Source of the DNA: Balamuthia mandrillaris
Taxonomy: Eukaryota
DNA: 64,000 nucleotides
Direction: 5' to 3'
Assembly: GCA_031835245.2 (NCBI GenBank)
Contig: JAVKOQ020000009.1
Span: forward strand, 186,001-250,000
Within the stretch, counting starts at the first letter, position 1. Every line of letters begins with the position of its first letter. The notes beneath the pieces are model-generated. The model had not been told where the DNA came from and searched no databases. It was given only the letters and a program-made list of their open reading frames with translations. Positions 13,599-31,484 of the stretch are shown one piece after another. Made by a program: the position numbers and the translations under genes.

Positions 13599-14856
13599 TT
13601 ATTTTTGTGCGGAGGTGGGAGAAACGAGAGCCAGTTGCTGGGAACCGAGGAAGGTAAAGTAGGGAGGCACGTCCTCCCGTTGTGGGATGAAGGTCTTCCC
13701 GTTCCAATAGTCGGCCTTCACAAAGGCAGAAAGGAGGTGGCAGAAGAGGACGTAATGCCCCTCCTGCTCCTGTCTTGAGGATATCCGACAAACGATGTGA
13801 GCCACGCATGGGGCTATGGCCAACAGGGATTGTGGTGCTGCTTCTCCTTTGTCTTTGCCTTCTTCTGGTTTTTCCTTTGGGTCAAGCGACAGCCATCCTT
13901 CACAATGCAAATGAGAAAACCAAAGAAGCATGGAGAAAGGAGAAACGAAGGAGGAAACAAACCAGGTCTACATGTAGGAATGCCTAAACTTTCAAATTTG
14001 TTTTGGTTACGACCGGAGCTACCACCAACGCTCAGGACCAGCTTCTCCATCCCTTTGATGGGTACATTCAATACTAATGTATTTATATTATTTAGAAGAA
14101 GAAGAAGAAGAAGAAGAAGAAGAAGAACAAGAAGAAGAAGAAGAAGAACAAGAAGAACAAGAAAAAGAAGAAGAAGAAGAACAAGAACAAGAACAAGAAC
14201 GAGAACAAGAAGAACAAGAACAAGAACAAGAACAAGAACAAGAACAAGAACAAGAACAAGAACAAGAACAAGAACAAGAACAAGAACAAGAACAAGAACA
14301 AGAACAAGAACAAGAATTAGAAAAGAACGCAGCGAAAGGCAGAAGAAAGAAGATAGCGATACCAAAAGAAAAACCAGGTTGAAGAAACGTGGCTTTTGAA
14401 AGAGGAAAAAAACATGAGTTGGCTAAGTACATCGACGCACACAAAAAGGAATGAAGAAAGAATAAGATCGTACACGTAAAACGTCGTTTGTTTACAATAC
14501 AAATGATGAGACCCTGTTCTTTTAGTTTGATGAGAAGCAAACAACAAAGCAGAAGAGAGGGAAAGAAAGAAAGACAAACATTATTGTTTACACAAGTGAG
14601 CCATGAGATGGTCATCACATTGGCAGCGGAGGGAGAGGCCACCGACAAGAGACAAACCGGATTTGGGTACAGCAACCTGTTTGTTTTTCTGTGGTTAAAC
14701 CTGTGTTTGTTTTTTTGGATTGGCTGAAAAAAAAATGTACCTGCTTAGCAGCTGTTTGTTTGTCAACTGCACCACGTCTTCGCCGTACGAACTCCCCTTC
14801 TCCTTCTCTTCGTGCCACGTTGAGTCAGTCGCTCCTCCTTTGCTTTCTCCTTCCAT
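13599..14856 (-). CDS. Flavin reductase-like (FMN-binding split-barrel) protein
   Basis: Spliced reading MEGESK...LLSR|LLYPNPVCLLSV..NVMTISWLTCVNN..VLNVP..VLSVGGSSGRNQNKF..IAPCVAHIVCRI..EGHYVLFC, which fits the flavin-reductase-like pattern. Confidence 0.72.
14095..14315 (+). repeat. (GAA)n/(AAGAAC)n intronic microsatellite
   Basis: Directly visible; it generates spurious ORFs in several frames. Confidence 0.95.
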
Positions 14857-15167
14857 CTCTCTGCGCTACTCTTTCTTGCACGAGGTGACCACCATCCGTG
14901 CGCACCAGACTTCTTGCTGCACCAATCGTGCAGCAAAATTGCAGCCGTTGGTCTCCACATAATAATGTTGCCTGATCTGAAAGGTTTGATTTTTGATTGG
15001 TGATTTGAAATATACATAGATTTGTAGTCGACGAAAAATATTCCTCGAATTATGATGTCATTTCACTCTCCTGTCCTCTCTCCTGTCCATCGCTGCCACG
15101 AAAAAATAGAAAGAAATATTGATAGAAAAAAGAGTCAAAACATCCCAAGGGCAGAGAGTTCTCCACA

Positions 15168-18100
15168 TGTTTTCTCATCGTCCGAGCAAAGGGGCTGCGG
15201 TGCTGCCGCCCTCCCCTCGCAAACAACGGGCTGCCACGTCGCCTCAACCCCAACCACAGTCGCAGCCACAGGCGAGCGCCACGTCAAACTCTTCCAAAGA
15301 GATAGCCATAAGACAGTCCAGCAGCAACAGCAACACTCGCCACGAACGAAAGAACTCTTCTTCTGCTTCTTCTTCTTCTTCTTCTTCCACTACCACTCCC
15401 TCGTTGTCTTCCTCCAACGAACTGGAACACATTGACCTGTCCAAGGCAAAGAAAAAGAAGAAGGAGAAGAGCAGCAGCAGAAAAAAGAGAGCGGAGGAGA
15501 AGGAGAACGAAGCCAGAAAGGAGGAAGAGAGAGAAGGAGATGATGAAGGTGAAAGAGGAGGAGGAGGAGAAGAGGAAGAAGAGAAAGTGGAAGGAGACGA
15601 GGAGAAGAACGAAGAAGAGGTGGAGCAAACGCCAAAGAAGAAGAAAGAGAAGAGAAAGTTACATTTGAAGAGGAAGCTGCCTCCCTTTGCTACTACCTTC
15701 AAAACGATGGGACAGGAGGAGGAGAAGCCTTCACACGAACTGAAGAGTCCTAGAAGGAGAGAAAGAAGGGCAACCTCACCCAAAGATGAAAAAGAAAAGA
15801 AGAAGAATGGAGAGAAGGAAGAAGAGGCAACGAACACCAACAACAAGAAGAAAGACAGCAAGAAGAAGCGGTCACCTAGTTTGAATGCTGCGAATGGCAA
15901 CCATGAGGAACGTGAGGAAAACGAGAAAGGTTATATCTGAGTTCTACTCCAACTACTGTCTTTGTTGTTATTGTTGTTGTTGCTGCTGCTGTGACGAAAT
16001 GTTGTTTGTTCTTCTTATTGTCTTGTTCTTCTCCGTCTTACTCTTCGTTCTTCTTATCTTGTCCTCCTCGTCCTCCTCCTCCTCCCTCTCTTCCTTCTCC
16101 TTCCCTCTCTTCACCATCTCCTTCTGAAGAACATTTTTTTAAAAACACAACAAACGATGCAGATGAAACAAAAAGCAGACAAAAAGTGGCGCCAGACTCT
16201 CCAGGCCCAACTGCACGATTTGCTGAGCAATGGGCAGCAAAGCAGCTGCAGGACCTGGAACAAAGAGAACGGAAACAAAAGCAAGGCAGAGCTTCCACCC
16301 TCCGGGAGCACAAAGGAGGAAAGACATCCTTAACCTCCTCTTCTCCCTCGGAGGACAGAAAGATGATGATGCAATCCGTGCCACTGGGCATGTTGGAATC
16401 CCGGCTCCATTCCTCCTCTTCTAGCGACGAGAGCTCAGCCGCGCCCTCTCCTTCGGCACCTCCGCTCAACCCGTTCGACTCTCCTCCTCCGCTGATGCGA
16501 CTGGATGCCAGCAGGTACGTCAGTGTCGTTGTCCTCGTTGCGCATTGGTTTCTTCTTCGCTTTTGGCGTTGCTCCTCCTCTTCCTTGCGAATCTCCTATC
16601 CTCTCTCTTATCTGTAACCCAAATTTCTTGATTCTCTCCTATCTGTCGACATTTATCTCCTATCTCCTCTCATATCTGCCATTCAAATCTCCTATCCTCT
16701 CTCATATCTGTCGACGTTAAATTCCGATTGTCGACATAATAATTAGCGCACCCACAAAAAAAACGCTGAAAAGTAGAACGGAGGAGAAAGGACAGTAACG
16801 AAGGAGAGAGAAAAGAAAGACACTAAGGACGAAAGTCACCTGGCTTTTTTTTTCTATCGCTTCCTTGCGTTCTCCTCGTTTCTTTTCTGTGGCAAAAGTT
16901 TTTTTTTTGTTTGCTTTGTATTACTATTATCCAAATTTTTTTCAATCATGTTCAGTAAGAGAGGCGATCGTCCGGTGGGTAACCGCGACAAGGTGGAAGA
17001 TGAATCAATTTCAAACCCACCGGCACAACCACAACCACAACCACCACAAAAACAAAATTCTGAGGGCAAAGGAGACACCCTCAGAAAGAAAGGAGGCCTC
17101 TTCTCTGCTGACAAGAAAGACAAGAAAGAAGGAAAGAGCGGAGGAGGTATTTTAGGCTTTGGCAAGAAGAAAGAAAAGAAAGAGAAGGAGAAGCAATCGT
17201 TGTCACCACAAAAACAACACTCTCAGTCACAACCCCCTCAACCCGCCTCTCCCCCTCACTCTCATTCCCCTCCTTCCTCTGATAACTCTGTTACCTCATC
17301 CGCTTCTTCTTCTGCTTCTGCTGCTTCTTCTTCATCCACTTCTTCTAACGTTTCCACGATTGCTGTCAGCCAAAACGCTGCCGATTACATCCCTTACAAA
17401 GGAACAGATCAGCTGACGGCCTCTGGAGGAGCAGCGCCCCCGCCTTACCAGCAGCAGCCGGTCAATGCCTACCAACAATACTACCAACAACACGCCGGAC
17501 GAGTACAGTACCCTCCTGGCTTGGCTCCTCCTCAGTTCCAACAACAGCAGCAACAACAATATTATGGCGGAGGAGGAGGCGGAGGTTATGTCACCCCACC
17601 ACCACAACAAATGTACATGCAGCAACAACTTCAACACTCTGGTGGCTACATGACACCACCGCAACAACAATATCCTCATCCTCATCAAATGATGCAACAG
17701 CAGCCGATGATTGTACATCAACACTCTCAACCTCAACTTCAAATGCAACAACAGCCACAGCAGCAACCTCTTTATCCTCGCATAGACGCAGCTGGCATAG
17801 CAGATCAAATGGCAGCCAAGATGAACCTTGCCGACAGTTCCTCGCAGCTACAAATGCCACAGCAACAACAACAAAAGGGATCAGGAGGAGATTCTTCAGG
17901 CAGCACCGGTTCAGCGGAAGGTCAAAGCTTTGGCGAGTCTATTGGAGACGAGTGGGAGATAGATTACAACGAGTTGGAGATATCAAGGGAGATCGCGAGG
18001 GGTAGCTTTGGAGTGGTCTATAAGGCTTCGTTCCGTGGAACCGACGTAGCCGTCAAGAAGCTGATTCAACAGCAGCTTACCAAAGCACAAATGGATGAGT

Positions 18101-19239
18101 TTATTTCGGAAATCAACATTATGAAGTACGTCCCCGTTGTCATCTCCTTGTTTCTTTTCTTCATCTTGTTCTAATCTTGAGCAAATTTTTGTTCTTGCTC
18201 TTTCTTGTTTGGCCTGGTCTTGTTCTTCGCGTTTTAAATAACACTTTTTACTGATTTTTTCCGTTCTTATTTTCCACTTTCCATGCAGGAAGTTGCATCA
18301 TCCAAATGTAGTCTTGTTGATAGGCGTATGCACCAAGCCGCCTTACCTTGCGATTGTGACAGGTATTGCTCTCGCCATCTCTTTTTTACGTTTTCTAGAA
18401 AGAGAGGGAGAAGAGCATAAAACTAAAACGTATTGCAATAGAGTTTATGACGGGAAGCATGTGGAACCTATTGCATGATAAGAATGTGAGCATAGATCCC
18501 AAATTGCAGCACAAGCTTATTCTCGATACAGCTAAAGGCATGGTAGCGTATTCTTTGTTCTCTTCTCGTGCTTTTTTTTAAAACAAACAATTCTCTTTAT
18601 TTCATTTTCTCATACTATTTTAAAAAAACGCATCGTATAGAACTATTTGCACCTGTTTAAGCCGCCAGTGTTGCATCGAGACTTGAAAAGTCCTAATCTT
18701 TTGGTAGACCAACATTTCAACGTGAAGTTAGCTGGTACTTATTCAACCAAAATGCCTTCGCTTAAAAAAAAATTATATTAATGCTTTGCTGTTGGTCTTA
18801 GATTTTGGGTTGGCTAGATTGAAGGCCTCTCTTATGACTGGCAATCTTGGCACCTGCCAATACATGGCTCCCGGTACATTCTTCCCTGTTTTACCTTCCC
18901 TCTTCCTTTTTTTTTTCTAACATTTCTTTCTCTCTCTCTTTTTTCTTTTCTTTCAACAATACAGAGGTCATCTCAAGTTCGTCCTACACAGAGAAAGCGG
19001 ACGTGTTCAGCTTCGGAGTGGTAATGTGGGAGGTGCTCTCACGGCAGGCGCCCTACCAGGGCATGCAGCCCATGCAGATAGCCTACGGCGTGGTCCACTC
19101 GGGCCTTCGCCCCCCGCTCGCGTCTCACTGGCCGCCAGCGTTGGTCTCCCTCATGAAGAGCTGTTGGCATCAGAACCCGGACATGCGTCCCACTTTCACC
19201 GACATTATCAACCACCTCAAGTCCATTCAGTTCTTCTGA
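15168..19239 (+). CDS. TKL-group (Raf/CTR1-like) protein kinase with long low-complexity N-terminus
   Basis: WEIDYNEL, IARGSFGVVY, VAVKK, LHHPNVV, HRDLKSPNLLV, DFG, GTCQYMAPE, YTEKADVFSFGVVMWE, CWHQNPDMRPTF. Upstream exons join in phase through introns 15930-16129 and 16515-16955. Confidence 0.88.
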
Positions 19240-19328
19240 TGTGTGAATGACTGAAAAAACGCAAAACACGTTTTTATCTCTTCTCTCCCATTCTCTCTCT
19301 TGTTGTTCCTCGCATTGGAGTCGAGTGT

Positions 19329-24460
<5,132 letters not shown>

Positions 24461-24957
24461 TTTTTGTTGTTTATCGTTTGGATGTGTAAAAAACGAAAAG
24501 GCTCCCCCACTGAGAGGAAAGAGGGAAGAAAGAAGGAAGCGCGAGTCTTCTTCTCTCTGCGAGTGTTCTTCTCTTCTCTCTTCTCTTCTCTTCACACAAC
24601 TTTTCTTTTCTTTCCTTAAAAATATCACAAAAAATTGAACGATATAACGAGAAATAGGATAAATAATCTGAACGTTGATAAAATTATGAAAAATCCGATA
24701 AATATTGAAAATATGGAAAACAAGTTCAACAGTTTCAGAATAATCCAAATATTCAAAATAATATGGGAGCTGGCAAAATTTGTCGACAAATCTCATGTCT
24801 AGGGAGGTATCTCGTATCCAAGAAGTGATGATCTCATGTCTATTCATACGTTTCGCAGAAGGACGTTGAGGCTTCGCGAGAAGACGCAGAAACAAAGCGA
24901 GGCGCACCTCAACCCTCTCACCTCCGATCCATAGTCAAAAACAACAACAACGCATAC

Positions 24958-27726
24958 ATGAAACTAGTCAACTCATTTGGAATAGGAAGTGCTCGCTATT
25001 GCTCTTGTCTTCCTTTTCTTCCCTCTTCTTCTTCTTCTTCTTCCGCTTCTTCTTCTTCTTCCAAGCTTCAAGGCGTTCTCTTGGGAGATGGAGCGACACA
25101 AAGAGCGGGCGAGGCCGTCATCGACATCCCCATCGGCTGCGGCATTGCTCGCTGGCACGTCGACCGACGGCAACGCCTCCGCTTCTTCAAGGCCCACGAC
25201 GACGTCGTCAGCTGCATGCTTCGCTCTCCCGTCCTCTCCTTCCTTTCCTCCTCTTCCTCTTCTTCTCCTGCTTCCTCCCTGCAAGTCATAGTTACGGCAT
25301 CGGATGGCGGGGAGCTTTCGTTGTGGCAAGAGGAGGGGGCAGCAAGAGAGGAAGCTTGGAGGAGGCTCTGCACAGCCCACCACGAGCCCGTGGCGATGCG
25401 GACGGTGAAGGTCACGCACGTGGCCTTCTCTCCCTCGGGCCGCCTCCTGCTGACCACCTCGGAGCACGGCCCCGGCGGCCTCCTCACCCTCTTCTCCCTG
25501 CTGCAGGAAGCGGAAGCAGAAGCCGAAGCCGAAACCTCTTCTTCGTCCTCTGCAGAAGAAGTGGCAAGGGAGGAGAGGTTGAGGCTGGCTTTGAGGAAGG
25601 AAAGGGAGGTGGCGGCGGGGTTGGCCTTGTCCTTTGCTGAATGGGTGGACGGCGATGAAGAGGAGGACGTCGTGTTTGCTGTCCAACAGCAGAGAGGCAG
25701 CGTTGAAGCTGCAGCAGCAGCAACGGATTCTTCTTCAATGACAGCAGCAGCGGGGGAAGAGCAGACGCCAAAGAAAGGAGTGGCTCTCGTTCTCCTCTCG
25801 CTTTCTTCCTCTGCCTCGTCGGATGCCTCTTCTTCCTCTCCCTTTTTGTTAAGAAGAGAGCTCGAGGGAGAGCGCACTGTAAGCGTAGCCGTCAAGGTTC
25901 CTCCACCGCATTCAAATGGTTTCTTTCTCTACTCTGCCCTCTCTCCCTCTCTGCCCTTTCTCTCTCTCTTTCTCTCTCAACCTTTAACCACGAGAGCGAA
26001 ACAGGAGGAGCAAAACAGAAGCAACAGGAGGCACCACGTATAGTCATCGCGAGAGGGAGAATCGTCAGCGTGATCGACATGCGCAGCCTCTCCACCCTTT
26101 GGCAAACGGACTCACTCGGGAGCGGCCTCCTAAAATGTTTGGCTTTGGTCGCTTCTTCCTTCAAAAAGGCCGAGGAAGAAGAGGAAGAAGCTGCGGAAAG
26201 AATGATGAGAACAGAAAAAGAAGAGGATGAGGAGCATCATCATCACTTGCTGTTACCTTCGGACAACGGCCGATTGTTCTTTTGGAGGCACAAGCAGCAA
26301 CAACCACGGCAAGGTGAAAGTGCTGGATCCATAGTCGCAGCCTCACCGGAAGAAGTTCATTTGGTGGGAGTTCCTCCGGGCAACGTCTACTTCTCCTCCT
26401 TCGACCCTGCCTCCTCTACTCTCTGGCTCATCACCGATTCCTCCATCCTATCTTGTCAACTTCCGCTTTCATCTTCATCTTCTGCTTCTTCTTCCTCCGC
26501 CTCGTCTCTTGAAACGAAGAAGTTGATGGTAAAGGTGGAATCGCAGCTGAGTTTTCACGAGATGACTTGCTGCGGCATCGATTGGAATAGAGAGGGAGAT
26601 AAAGTAGCTGCCGGAGACTTTGGAGGCAACGTACTCGTGTGGGATGTTGACCACTTTGGCCCTGTCCGACGCACCAACGTCGGCGGCATGCCCGTTCGTT
26701 CCATCTGTTGGGGCAATGGTCGTTTGTTGCGCTCTTCTTCCTCTGGAGAAGCGGAGGAGGCAGCAGAAAAAGAAGAAGAGGGCCTCTCGGATGGAAAGAG
26801 AGTGATGATTGGCTGTTACGGAGGAGCTATCTACAGCTGGGATCCTGTTTTGGTGTCATCATCTTCAGAGAAGGAAGAGATAGCAGAGATGGAAGGAGAC
26901 AAAGAAGCAAAACTTTGGGCGCAACTCTCCGACACGGTAACTTGTCTCAAATGGCAACCCACCGGCTCCTTGCTCGCTGCCGCCACTACCGATGGCAGAC
27001 TCTATCTTTTGCAACAAAACGAAGAAGAGAATGCAGACGTGGTGAAGGTCATCGAAGCTCATCCACCCGATAGAGAAGGCCCTCAGAATCTTCAGTTCGG
27101 ATCGTTGAACTTGTTTGCGGAAGTTTGGTCGTTGACGTGGTCGCCCTGCGGTCGCTTCCTTGCAACCTCCTCCGAAGATCAAACCACTCGCATTTGGGAT
27201 TTGCAACGGCTGCTCTGCTTGAAGGAGAAGAAGGGCTGCGAGGTTGCGGTAGAGCCCGAACGTGTTCTTCGTGGTCATACAGCTGCCGTCACTTCTGTCG
27301 ATTGGCAAGTTACTCAGCTTGGTATGCTCTTCGCTCTTTCTTCATCTCCCTTCTTCCTCTTTCCTCCTTGCTTACTAACCTCTGTGGCTAAAACAAACAG
27401 GAGAGTTGATAGCAACCTGTGCAGATGATAAGAGCATTCGTGTCTGGAACGCCAAAACGTGGCAGCTGCACCATGTCTTTGACACCGGAGAGCACAATAC
27501 CGAGTGGCACACCGTAACGTACCTGGCGCTAGAGAGAGGAGGCCACAGGTTGGCGTGCAGCACGCAAAACGGGTACCTGTTCGTGTGGTGCTTGATCACC
27601 GGGCAGCAGCTGTTTGGGGCAAAGACCCACACCGCCTCGGTGGAAGGATTGTCTTGGAGTCATGCTTCCGGTCTTTTGGCATCCTGTGCTTCTGATTGTA
27701 CTATTAATGTGTTTTCTTGTTTGTGA
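24958..27726 (+). CDS. WD40-repeat beta-propeller protein
   Basis: AHDDVVSCM, VAFSPSGRLLLTTS, DFGGNVLVWD, VWSLTWSPCGRFLATSSEDQTTRIWD, GHTAAVTSVDW, TCADDKSIRVWN; two introns. Confidence 0.88.
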
Positions 27727-27750
27727 ATCATAATAAAAAGTTTGAGAAAA

Positions 27751-27751
<1 letters not shown>

Positions 27752-27798
<47 letters not shown>

Positions 27799-28090
27799 GA
27801 GAGAGAAGAGAGAGACAGAGAGAGAGAGAGAGAGGGAGAGGGAGAGGGAGAGGGAGAGAGGGAGAGGGAGAGGGAGAGGGAGAGGGAGAGGGAGAGGGAG
27901 AGGGAGAGGGAGAGGGAGAGGGAGAGGGAGAGGGAGAGGGAGAGGGAGAGGGAGAGAGGGAGAGGGAGAGGGAGAGGGAGAGGGAGAGGGAGAGGGAGAG
28001 GGAGAGGGAGAGGGAGAGGGAGAGGGAGAGGGAGAGGGAGAGGGAGAGGGAGAGGGAGAGGGAGAGGGAGAGGGAGAGGGAGGAAGAGAG
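27752..28090 (+). repeat. (GA)n/(GGGAGA)n tract between convergent 3' ends
   Basis: Directly visible. Confidence 0.95.
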
Positions 28091-28487
28091 AATAGAAGAT
28101 ATTGATATCAACAAAGAAAAACTTGTTAAAGATGATAATGTCAAGAAAATAAGGGGTTAGCTTGCAAACAACACAGCAGCAACAAGCATACAGCAGGGGG
28201 AAAAGCAAATAAAACATAAAAAAGGAGAGCAATCGAGGAGAGGTTGCACAAGAGTGTGCAACAGAGGGGAAGGGAGAAAGAGTGGCGGTGGGAAGAGGAA
28301 GGGATGAGAAGACAAAGGAAAAGGAATACGGGAGAGGAGAAGGGGACCTAAAAAGAAAAAGGAGGGAAATGGGAAGGTGATACAACAGAAGAGAGAAGGA
28401 CGTTGTAAATCAGGGGAAGGGCGCTGTTAAAGATATTTTGCTGCTCTCTTTCCACATCCACGTTTTCTTTGTTTTTGTATTTCCGTT

Positions 28488-28721
28488 TCAGTGAGATCGG
28501 TCGTAGTGTTGAGGCATATAACCGCCGCCGCCGCCGTATGGTGCTTGATATCCTCCATAGCCTTGTTGCTGATTGTAGCCATATTGGGGCGTGTTCCATG
28601 ATACTGGTTGCAGATAGTCCCTGTTTGATTTGAAGAAAAGCATGGGGAGGGAAAAAGATAAGAGGACAAATAAAGTGAGAACTGATAATCGCAAGATAAG
28701 AGGGAGAGAGCGGGAGAGAGC

Positions 28722-28764
<43 letters not shown>

Positions 28765-29608
28765 TGCTGTGGCTGAGTTGTTCTTTACAGTGAGCTGTTG
28801 GAGATGGGAGTACTGAATGTAAAGGGTTATAGAGAGGATAGGATCCGTTCCCACATAGACTGTCTTGCCACTCAAGTATTGATTCGCAGCGCTGCCAGAC
28901 ATTGGACTCGTATACTGAATCAAAGCTTGCAGATCATGTGCTAAACGAAAAGGTAAGAGAGAAGAAATGAATTTAAAAAAAGAGGAGCAGAAGCATACTT
29001 GGTGATTTGTTGATGACGACGATCTTTTCGATAAAGCCGTAGGGAGAGAAAATCTGCCACACAACGTCAGCGGTAATGGGAATCGTTGGTGCGTGATCCG
29101 TTTGGAGAGTCACCAGCAGGATGCGATTAACTCCCGAACCAGAGGCAGTCAATTGTGTATGTCTCGAGAATTTCATGTACACCTTGCGTCCTCTGAACAT
29201 GATAGCATGAAACAGTAGTAACGAAGGAGACACGAGTAGAGATAAAGCATAGAAAAACAAAAATTAGTGTCATGAAAAAAGAAAAGTATAAGAAAGATAA
29301 TACCTGATTTGGGGAGTAGTGTTGATGTAAAAGTTGATCATGTTTATGGCGTTGGCCAAGCTTTTGAATTCCAGCAGGCATTGATTCTTGGCCCTCATCA
29401 TCACGATCTTTGAAGTGGTTGCAAGGAACAAGGGGGGAAGAGGGGAAAGTAAAGCAAAACGGAATGATGAAGAGAGGGAGGATGTTTATCGCCAAACGAA
29501 ACACGGAGAGCACAGTAGCAAAGTGTGGTTGCAAAGGGGGTCCAATCGAAAGGGGAAGGGGCAATGCGAGAACATAGGGGAACGGGAAGAGAGAGGGAGA
29601 GAAGGAGG

Positions 29609-29655
<47 letters not shown>

Positions 29656-30298
29656 GGAAAACAATGGAGAGGGGGATGAGAAAGAGAAACAACGCAGTCA
29701 AAAATTCACCACAGAATCGTCTCTTGCTAATTCGGCTTGCATCGAGATTCTGTTCATGATTTAAGAAAAATGGACTCACCTTATCAACTGCACCAAATGG
29801 AGTGGCCAGATCCATGATGTCCGTCTGAAAAGGAGGGAAGGTTACATAAAGAGAAGAGGGAAGAAAACAAAAATCGGAAGAAGACTGCTAACCTGTGTGA
29901 TTTCTGCAGTAACGTTCCGGAAGTGCAGCACCTTGGAGGGAGGATCTGGAGAAAGACTTTCTGGGAGGGGGCCACTATCTTCAGCAGATGAACTAGAATC
30001 GACTTGATGGGAGGGGGTGGCCATAAGGGAGTGGGAGGCAGTAGAGGCAGTTACTTGATGTTGGGGGTCCCCATAAGGGGATGAGGCCTGGTGCCCGTCC
30101 ATCGGCGGCGGTGCTGCGTAAGCTGCTGAGGCATCTCCCGCATAGCCGCCATAACCGCTGTACGCTCCGTAGGAAGCAGCATATGCGCTATCTGGTTTTG
30201 GAAATGAGGAGGTTGCAAAGAGTAGAGAGAGGGAGGAAGAGAGAGAAAGAGAAAGAGAGAGAGAAAGAGAAAGAGGGAGAGAGGGAGAAAGAGGGAGA

Positions 30299-30341
<43 letters not shown>

Positions 30342-30968
30342 AGGGGAGAGAGAAGCTGAGTAAGTGGCGGTATTTCCATGAAGTAACAACGATACATACG
30401 GTCATAAGAGGGTTGTGCTCCGTCTTGAGAGTAGGCGTAGGGTTGCTGTTGCTGATCAGCGGACTGCGATGACGCTCCTCCTTGTTGTGGCTCCTTGGTT
30501 TCGGAGGAAGGCTCCGAGCGAGCACGTTTGGTGGGCGCCTCCTCAGAAGTCTTTTTGCTGTCTTTCTTTTCTTCTTCTTCTTCCTCTTCCTCCTCTTCTT
30601 TCTTTTGACTGTCTTCTGTTTCGTTTGGCTCTGTCTCGGAGAACGGGCGTTTCGTGGCAGACGTGGCTTTTGCTGTCTTTGTGGTTTGTTCCTTTTCTTC
30701 CTGTTGTTCGTTCTCTTGCGTTTGTTCTTCTTTGTAAGGGGAGAAGAGAGAGAGAGAGAGAGAGAGAAGAGAGAAGAGAGAAGAGAGAAGAGAGAAGAGA
30801 GAAGAGAGAAGAGAGAAGAGAGAAGAGAGAAGAGAGAAGAGAGAAGAGAGAAGAGAGAATAGTTCGTTGTTAGGGAAGAAAGACATCGAGATTTGTTTGG
30901 AGGGGAGGAAGGAAGGAAGGTGTGTGTTTACCTGTTGTGTTTGGTGCACTACTTTCAGAGTCCGACAT
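28488..30968 (-). CDS. PTB/hnRNP L-family RRM protein
   Basis: PPSKVLHFRNV (RRM1 start), PFGAVDK, RGRKVYMKFSRH, NRILLVTL..ITADVVWQIFSPYGFIEKIVV..LQALIQY..TLYIQYS..LTVKNNS..RDY; Tyr/Gly-rich tail. Confidence 0.85.
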
Positions 30969-31484
30969 TGTGAAAAAGCTTCTTCAAGGGGTTTGTTCGC
31001 ACTGCACAAATAGTCGTTTCACAAATCGATCAAACCAATCCAATCCAATCCAATCCAAACAAAATTTTTAAAAAACAAAAACAATGAACGGTACCGTTTG
31101 TGTGTAAAAGGTGTTTTTTTTTTCTTTCCTAGGGATCAAAAAGTCTATGCTGTTCTTCCCGCTGCTAACGAGTGTCTGGCGCTTTGTTCGTCTTTTTTCT
31201 CTCCCTTTCTTCCGTTCAAAAAAAATAAATAATTATTGCAATTATTGTCGACATGAACTTTAAGTTGAAAAATTACCCACAAAAAATTTTCGGTAATCGA
31301 TAAATCAAAATAGGAATCGATAAGCATGGATTAGTTGTTACATTCATTTTTTTTTTTTTTGTGTTTCCTTCTTCTTCTTCTTCGGATGAAGTTTTAGAGT
31401 GCTCACCGCATTCTTCTCCTTCCCTTTCTCAACTTCTTTCTTCTTCTTCTTCTTCTTTGCTAAACATCTCAGTTTGTTTTGTGC

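Noticed and set aside
24461..24907. In-frame upstream extension of the E1 ORF
   Set aside because: It runs through an AT-rich promoter-like gap containing the TGTCGACA palindrome, begins at a non-ATG codon and has no E1 similarity.
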